Below, piece after piece: positions 11,401-23,400 of a stretch of DNA of 64,000 nt. Source of the stretch: Botryllus schlosseri (Eukaryota). The DNA lies in assembly GCA_051294905.1 (NCBI GenBank), contig CM119372.1, positions 6,324,001 to 6,388,000 on the forward strand, in the 5' to 3' direction. The notes under the pieces were generated by a model, which saw only the letters and a program-made list of their open reading frames with translations, did not search any database and had not been told where the DNA came from. Made by a program: the position numbers and the translations under genes. Every line of letters starts with the position of its first letter. The stretch's first letter is position 1.

Positions 11401-14400
11401 CTTGTAAGGCGCATTCGATTCCGAACCTGCCAATGATTGTGCGTGCGATTTTCTTCCTTGCGGACCTATATTTGCTGAAGCGAAGCTGGATAATGGATAT
11501 ATATCCCTGGGTCTCGCGATATTATGACTAGTGACTACGCATGAAATTACACGCGGCTTCTCGGCAGCTGGATGTTTTTCTCGTTGCGATTAAATGGAAA
11601 GTCTAGTATATTTTCGTCGGATTATCGTATAGGCGTGATCATCGAGACGGTTTCGTTGGTTCTACGTCACCGCGTATAGGAAGCCTGGTATTTGTCGAGC
11701 AAACCTTCGTAAAACTTCCGCCTTTGACGACAAGTCGCTCGTGCCATTGTCTTACAAACATTCTACTGAATCGTGAAATTATCTGTTTGTCAGAGGATTC
11801 GGAGTTTCGTTTGATGATCCGTAGTGAAATACACCGTGCTAGGCGAACTTGAAACGGTGTACTGTACCGTCCACATATAGATGGTTCTGTACAGTAGGGG
11901 TTTCCAACTCTTTTTACACGGTGGACCTTTTTGAAAGCTTTGAAAAATCAATTTTCTACTGTCTTTTTACGAAACTGGAAAATTTCTGCATAAATTTAAC
12001 GATAGTTTAATTCAAAAACACATCAATAACTGGAATGATAAAAAGATTTAAACATAGCACACAATACACATGCGAGTACACAGTACATTAATTTGTTATT
12101 AGATTTCTGTTACCGTGATGGCTCTGCCTGGTTTTACTCTCGCTATGTCTTAATTGCTGGTATGGCGGTGGAGGGAAGAAAGTGAACCGAATATCAAGAA
12201 ATAACTTGTTGCTGTAATAGTATTTTTATTAAATTAAAATAAGTCTTTTGTTTAATTGTAGTAGATTTAGGAGATGATATATTTTCCGGTTGCTCGACAT
12301 ATGAGCATGCGACACAATGGAAAACGACAGTTCAGCATGGAACACATCAGCATGCGTCACTTCAGCATGTGACTGTATAACCCCAAAACTTACCCTAACC
12401 CGAAACATAGCCTAACCTAACCTAACCTAGCCTAACCTAACCTAAAGCTTAACCCTAACCCAGCCATAAATCCAACCCTAACCTACCCCTAACCCGTAAT
12501 TTAACCCACATGCTCATGCGTCGCATGCCAAATTGTCGCATGCCGAAGTCTCGCTTGCTGTAATGTCGCATGCTCATTGCTCATATGTCCACGGACCATA
12601 TTTTCCATGGTCCCCAGGTTAGGAACCCCTGCTGTGTAGACTTGTATGATAAGCCTTGGATATTTTACCAACATCATGAGCGCGATTGCGACCACTGCTG
12701 AAATTCCGTGAGTCATATTTACGGCACGGGTCCCTAAACCTGGTCTCTTTGGCGTTCATAAGCGAAACCTGTTTTCACACTTGGGTTGATCTGTGTTCTT
12801 GTGTGTATCCATAAGGTATTCGTACCTTACGAGTTACGATGCTATTTGTAATTTTGCCCGTTTGGATCCGTAGAGAGAACGTGGAGTGGTTTGTGGCAAT
12901 TCATACACATTCCTTTATATTGTAAATATCCGTTAAGTAACGCAATATTGTTATTCGCGAACGCGCTATTTCGATCATGAGCGATGTGTTATCATCAAAT
13001 TTTCTCACACCATACCACCGTCCGTAGACAGGTAATTTTAAAGCCAACGTCGTAATTATAATTCCGGTACGGCAACGTTTAATTTTACGTTATACATCTG
13101 GCTGTTGCGCATCTGTCTCCGTTACAGGGTTTTGTCGAGTCAGTGCGCTGTTAATCATACCGCTCCGACCCCTTTTGCGAGTCAGAGAGAATTTAATGGT
13201 TCGTCTTCCATATTTGCTCATTGTAAGCTTGTGAAAACATCGAGAATACCGGCCGATTCCGGGCCATATCCGCAATGCTCGATTACTCATGGATCTCTTG
13301 AGCGATGCGACACAGTACTCGACTGGCTTTTGTTTTTCGGGTAGCGGCCAACCATGCCGCGCCGGATTCATGGGAGTTCGATCATGTTATTCTAATAAAC
13401 TCCGCCATCGTCCAGAGCACTCACAGAAAGTTAATGAATCATAAATACGGATATCTATGGCTGGCGGATGTAAATGGTAGGACTTAAGAAAGTACGAAAC
13501 CCTACTTCCATTTTAGCGTAGATATCCGTCATTATCGTTTGGCCCTTGTCGCTCTTTGCTGCATTTCTCTTGATTATGCAATGCTTCAGTGAGGGACCGT
13601 ATGTGTGGTATAATAGGCAATGCTTAATACCGGCTCTTGCGACTTTATTGGAACATCTGAAGTAGTTCCTGGTATAATGCGGTGCGTTCCTGTGTTTCGG
13701 TACAATTGGACTCGAGAGGTTCTCGAGATTTGGTTTCATCTCCGCGTGATTACTGGTGTTTATGGTGCCGAGTTTTGAACTTGATCGTATTACATGCATG
13801 TCCTATAAAGTGGCTGTGTGACTTTTCAATCTTAATCGCCCGGAAGAGTTCCGTTCGATAGATCACGGAATGTGTACGTCTTCTGGTCACAATGTCATTG
13901 AGAATTATATGACCTTGTGACTTGCAAAGGGTCATTACTTCCGTTACCTGTGCGATGAATGCATCCGTTAAACAGCCTAGGTCACGTGGTCCCGACACTA
14001 TTATTTGCAGTCTATTCAGCTACTATGTAATACTAATTTGTAACCAACTAACAAATATTTTGGGGATTTGGGGGATGCGGATTTTAGTGTTTATAATTTC
14101 GTAATTACGATATGTATATTACTATGCATAGTCGTGATTTTTCTGTCGAATAAGCATTGGATAGAGCGAAACTAGTAGAAATGAAACGAGCGTGAATATC
14201 GACATTTTTGTCGGTAACTATAAATGTATACCGACTCGAAGGACCTGGACGGCTATTGAGCATATCTGGGGTTTTGTTCCAAGAAATCGAGCGGCTTATA
14301 GATCCGGTTTCGATGGCAGTATCGGGTATCTTTCCCGAAGACGCGCTTCCCATTTCTGCGGTATAAAAATACCTCGGTCGGATGTCAAATTTCATGCCTA

Positions 14401-17400
14401 AGACACGCTTCGCGATAACTCGTTTGGCGGTGTGTAAAGTCAACGGCTTACATCACAGGCCACCGTCTTCGAATTCCGCGTACGTTCTCAGAGGGGGCTG
14501 TAATAGCACTTGAGGAATCTTGAAAAAGTCGCGAAAACTTCGCCTTGGTTTCATTGTCATTGACATGGCATGATGTACGTTGGCGTGCGACTCCAATAAC
14601 GATACTATATTTGAAGGTGATTGTAATCGCCTAGTTTATTTTGAATGGCCGAGTGTTTTCACTCCGGAATGCATTGTCTAAATATCTATTTTTTGGAATC
14701 TTTGCGACGGCGTATTTTGGCTTAGTAGCTTCCAGAACAATGGCATGATTACCGCAGTAAACAGTCGAACAGACGGCGTTAAATAAACTTCGAAGCGCCA
14801 ACTGGAAACTACTGATGTGTCTTAGAGGGCCATCAACATTCGTGACGTAGGTGACCTTTCGCGAGATAGCAAGGCAGTCCCGCTATTCCGCGCTTAAGCA
14901 CCCGTCCTCTTAGTTACATGTGTATCCGATTTTGAATTTACTGTGTAAATACTCCGGGCACCTGTTGCGAAATCACAAAGGGTCTTGATCGGTTCGCGAG
15001 CTGACAACTAACTGTTTGATGACACCCGCGCAGCGCTAATTGTTGAGAGGCACGAGGACTCGTGTGTTTTCTCTTGAATGACTACTGATACGTTTGAGGC
15101 AGTACGGTGGCAAGTGTTCTTAACGCATATACGGAATGCTTGAAATACATGTCCCATCTATTAATCAACATTATTCGAAATGTTTCACTGTGAATCAGTA
15201 CTACTTCGCATTCTATAGGTCTCGAGGTAATTACGGTCGTGCTGAATTGTTAATTTGCCATGGAGTGCCTTTCCGTAAAATATGAGAAATATATAATTGC
15301 CAATGAGTTTGTAACATACTGGTGAGCAACGGGCATAGATCGATCGGCGTAGTGCGTGCGGGTTCATCGTAACGCAAAAGATATCAGAGCCAAGTTAACT
15401 GATCGGGATACGATATTTTGTTCCATATCATTTCAATGTATAGCCTTTTCGCTGTGAATTATTTATCTCGACAGTCTGCGTATCTCCATTGAATCCCAGA
15501 TATTCGAAACTTGTGAAGCCAATGATATGGTCACTGGCGGAGTGCGATTGATCGCATACGGTATTCGGGATACATTGACATCCATCCTACCGTCAGCGGA
15601 GCTGCTCAATACTGCCCAGCATAAACGATAATGTCACTCAATATAACCCGTAACGATAGCCATGTACGGTGTAGTGCAGGGGTGGCCGACCTTTTCAGTC
15701 AAAGGGCCACATTCGATTGACGAACTATTGCGCGGGCCACTTGCCGCGCCAGGCGCGAAAATTTTTCGAAGCTCACATGTCAATATTATTGTCACTTGAC
15801 TATATTGCGGTCCTGCTGTATATCGTTGGGCTCAGTTTGCGCGGACTGGACTATTCGGCGCCTGAACATATCGATATCGAAAGCTTCGACCAACATGCGT
15901 CAATCATTTTCTGCCTAGGTTTCATAGGCCTAGCCGTTGGTCTTTCTGCGCAAACGCAAGGTCGCATATAATGAACGACACTTTGTCTCGTAATCGCGAA
16001 TATAGTTAGACTCAGGAGTCAGGAGTTCTTTCATTTTCACAAAGAGGTAACAATATTAAAAGCAAGAAATCAAGTGACAATATGTTGCGCGACGCGTGTA
16101 GAAAATTTTTACTTTTGATAAATCTATCGCAAACTATCCTGCTTTATTGAGGTGTACGAGGATCTACCACAACGTGACTAGCCCGTGGATCTCCCAATGC
16201 GTCGGAACTGATATTTTAGTCATTACATCTCAAGTGTTGCGGCCACACTAATCAAATTTTTGGTTGGCCTTGCAAGTTCACAATCTGTGCAATCCATTTT
16301 TGATATTATTACTGATTTCAGAAATTACCTCGCAGGCCACTCAAAACCTTCTCGCGGGCCACGGGTTGGCCAGCCCTGGTGTAGTGCATAGTCAACAAAT
16401 GAAGTGACACAAGCTAACACCGGGCGATGTGTAACATGTGTCTTATTACGTGAATATTGATAGGAATGTTTAGAATACGCATTCGCAGTGTAGCATTTGT
16501 GTGCCTATCAATCAATAAAGCTATGCTCAATTTCTTACGAAGCAGTGTTTACTGGTTGATTCGAATTGATATTGATGAGTCATTACTTCTTCTTGAACCT
16601 AGCGCAAATCAAGTCAAACTCCATAGTACAGTGACATTGCAATGACATAATTTTAGTCGCGTGATACACAGCCATTTTCTTTGTGATTTTTGTATAAACT
16701 ATTCCCATTGTACTCGAAGGAAATAAAATGTTGTTTTATACGCTTTTGATTCTCGTGAATGCCCCCTTGTAAGCTATGATGGACGAGTCGTATTAAAGTT
16801 ATGTTGTTGTATCAGCTCATGTCGGAATGTTCACTATGCCATCTCGCCACACTCCGTTTCTTGCAAAAGCGTGCTGCTAGCCGCAACGTCACGGCCGCGT
16901 GCCACGTAACAAACAGATAACAATGCCCCCAGAGGTACACAATCGCGTCGTCCGCTGCATGTAGCATGTCATATACGGAATTCAAAGTTTATTTGACACG
17001 CGACGTTTGGTATTTTCTGTTTGGGTGTCTTTCCGAATTTCGATTTCGTGAAGTCTTTGATCTAGAGATGTTTCGTAAACTAAACCGAATCCCTGTGTGT
17101 AAGTGCTTGATATCTGATCTTGGCCTAAGTTTTGTGATGTATGCGTTTCTTATCGCTACTGCCAAGCCGCGTTGTGTAGCGCTACCTAATTTATCTTACT
17201 ACAAACACAAGCAATCCTTCACAGGCGAAATTGATCCTATGTTTTTAAGAGACAGTGCTTGGCGTTATTGGGGATGCCGTAACGGTACGAATGTCATTGA
17301 TGCGTAATTACCAGAACTGTACCGTACGTGATGAAAATGAGAATCCAGCGAGACGTGGACATGGTCGCTTTCACCTTTTGAGTGAAATATCGCGATAGCT

Positions 17401-20400
17401 CCCGTCACTGAAGAAAATGCTAATTGCCACTCTAAGGCAAAGTTGGGCAACTATAAAATTTCCAGCTTTCCTTATTATATTAGGATTAGAATTAGAGCAA
17501 CAGTTTGTTTTTCAAATTAGACTAGAATTAGAATTACCGTACAGCTTCCGTTTTTTTCAAATTAGACTAGAATTAGAATTACCTAATTTACGGAAACTTG
17601 GCAATTGAATTAGGTTTATGTTAAATCGGAGTTCAATCCCATATGCATGAGGATGGCAAATAACTGTATATGAAGCTTGGCTCGTTGCGCAGCAAACACC
17701 TCTGTTGTGGGTGGCGAGATAGCATAGTGGTATGATCCACAGCTGCAACACCAGTGCGACTGATGTCGGCTTCAGAATTCCTACCTAGGCTCCTCCTCGC
17801 CGCGTCATCCGTGTAAGCGGTGTCTTATAAAAGCCTAGAATTGAGCCGTGCGATAAGTCGGTAAATACGAAATCAAAAATAAAAAGAATGTCGGCCTGGT
17901 GTGAAATGACCAATGTAGTCGAGACACCGTGAATGTCAAACAAACAACGGAACCTCTGCTGTAGCATTTTCAGGAATACCAGAGAATACACCAGAATTGA
18001 AATTATAGCATAGAAAAATTTCACAAATTAGAGTAGAATTAGAATTAAGGGAGAAAACATTTCTTAAATTACATTAGAAGTAGAGCAGAGTAAAGAAACA
18101 TTTCATAAATTATATTACAATTAGATTATCGGCATCTCGCTCTAATTAGTCCAAGTATACAACTATAATTATCTAGCTGTCCAAGTTCGCTCTGAATGTT
18201 AAGACCCTTGTGAATTCGAGTGCGCGTCGTACCCTAACTGTCGAGTCGTGAGAAATGTCTTACTAAGATTTGTCATGCGTTCAACATTACAACTCCAGAC
18301 CATGATTAAGCTCATTTTCTGTATCTCGTCAGCGTTTTGGATCAATCATGGATTCGGGTAATCGCAAAATGACTCTTTTGTTGTTCAAGTATGAATAGCC
18401 AATATGTTGACCAAGAGAAAGGAACAACATCCCAATGGAAAACACGGTCGAGTCCAATTCCATGCGGTTTTATCACCCTGACGCGAAGTGCCGTCTATAT
18501 GGCAATGTTTATTTATCACACATACTCCATAGTATGAAGTTGTGACCTTCGAATTCTCAAGTCTTTGTATTTGGCGCCCGTTAAACGCGGGTCACTTCAC
18601 ATTTGCAAAGTGGCGCTAGATCTTTTGTGGCAAGGCTTTTTTTATGCGCCGCCCCCCCGATATTCAGGATTCGGTATTGATATCTAAATATCGTGTTTGT
18701 GGGGCGATTTCATAAGACACGTTGTTGTGCCAGTGGAATATATTGGGGGTTGATTGATGGGCGATGTGACTAATGAGACGTAGGTCTCAAACCGAAAAAC
18801 CGCGAAATTCCGACCACGGAGGGATCCCCTTCACAGCGGTCTTCAGTAATAGCGCGTTTCGTGATTTGGGGTCGACTTATACTGATATGCGACCTGCTAC
18901 GCGGTTAGATCACCATGAGTATACTTGCGTAGACGTGACTATCATTACTACAGACAGGGTTGTAACCAACTCACAAGGTCACAAGTCGTCTTTAGTTTTA
19001 TAGTTGTGACTCGAGTCAAGTCGAGGCATTTTCACTGCCAGTCGGAGTTCGAAGGTCCGAGTCCGAGTAACAGTGTTGTGACTCGAATCCGACCCCAACT
19101 CATTATGTTCACTGTTTATTTCGAGTTCAGTCTTGTTCGAATCACGTTTCTACAACCCTGCCTGGGTGATATTGAGTGCCTCGCATTCATAATATACTAT
19201 TTTTCCTCGCTTTACAGTTTCTGGTCATATTTTACATAATACGATAATGTGATATAAAAAACAGTTGCGTAGTCATAGCTTGAGCATAGTTTAGTTGGGA
19301 CTTGTATGTTATTCTTGCAATGTACGTCGTCACTGAACGCGTTATGGTAAATACGTAGGTTGGCATCTCTGAGGCTGTATGCCAGACCGACGCGCATTGA
19401 TCACTCAACACTAAAATTTCTGACATACATACATATTCGTAGCCCGATACTTGAACGAATATCATAAAGTACATTTCGATGACGGATGACGCCACGAATG
19501 ATAACATTGTCTATATTTTGACTAACTCCTACTGTACACCGTCGCCTGTAATTAGCGACGTAAGGGGTAGTGACGGTGCTAGCACTGAGTCACGCACCCG
19601 ACGTTCGCTTCCTCGAGATAGCCGCACATCTGGCACTTACTCAGACGGCGTGTAGCGCCGGGTTCGACCTTTCACCCGCGAGAGCGTGGATGAGACCGCG
19701 CAGATTGTGATTTCCGCGATAACTCCATGTATGGCGATAGTAATGCGAATTTAATTCGCTTAACTGCCGCACGTTCGTTGGAAAATGAGTCTTTCGACCG
19801 CACTGAAAGTAGCGTGTTTTATACTATCGGGGCGCGACAGTCATATTAGTCTCTGAAATGTTTTTGAAGAGCTACAGAACTTCAATATACAATTGTGTGA
19901 TCTATTCATGTTGAAATGAACCCGAAAAAATTCGACTGACACTATATTATGTTATTACTATGTTCTTTACAATTCTCGGCTAGCTGCGGACGATTACCCC
20001 TGACGAGTGTCAGCCGAAAATGTTGTTCGGGTTAATTACAATAGGAATATACTTTTCAATTCTCTACTAAGTTGCTGACGACTACCCCTGACTTATGTCA
20101 GCAGAAAATTTTTGGGTTTATTTCAACGGCGATGTAATATTCAATTGTTTTATTACGAAATTCGCATACCAAAAATACTACGGAGCCGCCTTTCGTGATA
20201 ATGCACCTAAATTTCAATCCTTCGCGCATATTTGGCGTTGTTCCGTGATGACGACTTATGAATACAATCCCGCGTAATACCCAACGGGGGAAGTCGGGGT
20301 TGGCTCGTGTGCGATTCCAGTCTCACGAGACCTTGAGTAATAACGAAAGTGACGGCACGCGGCTTCAATAAGTTGTATCAATCACTCGAGAAGAACATTT

Positions 20401-23400
20401 GTCACGAAGCCAGTTTGCTTTTCGCGGTAACCCGTGAATCCGTTGCGGGTAGTCAGTATAGTTAGAGGCGTCCTCACTTCTAGTCTGGATGTTGCGAAAC
20501 CATCAAACGTTTCTGTATTTGCAGATTGCTAGGAGCCGTCAAAAACTTTAAATTGTACTACGACAGCGGGCAGTTCTTTGTGGGCGATAAGAGGTTTGAT
20601 AGGTAAGTGACAATTTATTAGTAGATATATCAATGGCAGCGGCGAAGCCGTTCCTGTTCCTAGTCTCGAAATTGAAAACGCAAACGACTGCGATACATTA
20701 GGCGTAAGCAAGTTCTTGCGGCCTTGATGCCTGTGGCGTAAGCGGCGTTTGTATGTATACAAATACTCGACCCCGATATTATCGGGCTCAATCCGCAGGA
20801 TTTCATAACCTCCACGTATTAGTTGATGATTTTCAGTTACTAGAGGCTATTTATGGCTATAGCCAGCCCATACACCTCAAAAGTATTGGTTATCCGGTTC
20901 ATACCGATCAATTTTTGACAACGTAAATATTTCAACTTTTACATATTAGATTGGAATTAAAATTATATCTACACTGTTTGTTGCAAATTAGATTAGAATT
21001 AGAATAACTGAGCTCGAATTGAAGTCGATTCCGAATTAGGAAGAAATACAACAGAATCAACTTCAGTTTATGGTAAATAAGAGTTGTGTCTCAAAAGCGC
21101 GAGAGTGGCAAATGCCTGTTCCCCAAGTTGGGCTCGTTTCGCACTATACCGTTCTGCAGCATTGTGAAGAAAAACAGAACTTAGAACTAGAAAAGAGGAA
21201 ATATTTCACGAATTAGATTAGAACTAGGTTGCCGAAACAGTCGAATTACACATCTAGAATTATTTAATTGTCCTAGTCTGATTCCAAGCCTTTATTTGCT
21301 TTTATCGCCTTTGTGTTACATTTGCGCATTTAGAAGATATGGAGTGAACTTTCGGGCCAGTAATTCGCAAGCGTTAATCGCGGCAAGCCCCGTAAAATTA
21401 AAATCGCTGTTGATTGTATACGACTCGCGTTTCAGCTTGTACGAACTGGTCGAAGACGGTCTAATCACGATGTACGTCGAAGAAAAGGGCCGCGACTACA
21501 TTCAGAACATGTCCAACGACAGATCTGTGTATTCCAGCTTGAGCAAGTAAGTGTCAAAATTACATCAACGTTTACCTATAAACTGTATTATAAAATGCGT
21601 TTCTTTTTATGAAAAGAACGAAACGGCTGTTAACGAATCAGTTCCCGGTCCACGTAAACGGCAGAGACGCTGGCAACAGTCCCAGACGGACCGCCTCAGT
21701 TCGTGTGGGTTCCTCTCAATCGCCACGTTACGCGCACAACGGAAGCAACACAGAACACGCGGCTCTCCCGTACACCCATTACCGGGTCAGCGAGAAGGAA
21801 TACTTCGACCCGACCGCGTATCACGCCCAAAGCGGGTACGCGATCGAGCCAAACACGTCTTCACTGGAAGAGCAATTCGCGGCTAATATGCTGCAGGACA
21901 ATAATTATTATATGCAGCAGCAGCAGACTACACCTCACGTGGCGTACTGCAACTCGCATCAAATTGGTAAGTGGAACGTAACTTGTATAGTATCCCGTGA
22001 TTGTTGTTGAAAGAAATGCGATTTTACGCTTTGGTAACTCAACTGTATTGCTGGCACCGTCTTATAAGGTATGATAATAGATTGATGATATTTTTATGGA
22101 TAAGGTTGGCGTGGCGTTTTGAATGGATCGACCGTTTCACTTCCGGCGTCCCATTCGAAACACACATTTATACGCAAGTTGGCGATCACTTTTTATCTGT
22201 GCATACAAACATGGTCTACTAAAACTAACATGGCCATGATACAAATCATTTTGAGATGACATATATGGTGGATACAGTTTGAAATTTAGAGAGTTGATGT
22301 CGCTAGAGGATGTTTCGCTGACACGAACTAGGCGACATCATGGAAGCGCGTGTTTCTTTGCTCGTCTCTGACACCATTGCTCTTTCTTGGTTAAATTAAG
22401 ATTAGAACTATAGTTGCACATTTCGTTCTGAATTAGATTAGAATTAGGATTGGCTAACACTTGAATTAAATTCCGAAGTGAAAGATATGCAACGAAATTG
22501 AAGTACAGTTCGTATCAAATTTGAGTTCATTCCCAAAAGCACGAGAATGATAAATGTCTCTACACCGTGCTTGGTTCGTGTAGCGCTCTTCGGTTCTATG
22601 GCATATTCGGGAAAACCATAGATGAGATTGGAAACTCAGAGTTGAAATTGAAGCATTGAAAAAATTTCACAAATTAAATTGGAACATTATAATATACATT
22701 TTCCTGGAAGCATTAGCACGAACTCAGATTTTGTATGCATATGGAGGAGTGGTACAAGACTTAGATATCCTTACAAGGCTATTTCCGCTCCTTTCTTGAC
22801 CAGCGGCATATTCAAATCATGCACTTAGGGTATGCATATGCAGTACGTATAGATGCCGCATGAAAAATCAAGGACATAAATGTATATCGTTCTATTTTTA
22901 TTCAAATCAGTCTTCCATCGCTATTATCGCTCCGTTTTCCGCAGGCGGCAGCATCATGCAAATGCTGACCAACAGCCGCGACCGTCAAGATCACCCGTAC
23001 GACGGCGGCGCGCACTTCGCCGAATCCCACGTCGCGAAGAAATCGCTCACGCCCACGTCGTCGGACGAACGCAAACGACCGAAAGCGAAAAAGGCCGCGA
23101 CGGACCGCGCCGTGGCGCAACACAACTCGTACTACCAGCACGGCCACCACCTCTCCGAATCGGCCATGTACGACCAGGGATACCACTCGGGTCACGTACG
23201 GTCGGTGAGCAACGGAAGCAGTTCAAACACGGACAGCGAAGGCAGGCGCAGGCCCCACGTGCCGCCACGGACTAGAGTGCCTAGCCACCTCAAAAATCGC
23301 CCATTTCACCAGTCTGCGCCTAGTAATTCGCCGGGGCGGTCGCCGCAGCGACCCGCGATGAGGCGTAATAATTCAGACTTGGGAAGTGCGATGTCGCAAA

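Noticed and set aside
13090-14443. Cluster of 80-115-aa ORFs in intron 3 as a nested gene or TE
   Set aside because: No recognisable domain, no consistent splice chain, no terminal repeats.
17709-17760. tRNA-like heads here and at ~35443, ~43900 and ~54700
   Set aside because: No complete cloverleaf; they run into shared SINE bodies, so they are not tRNA genes.
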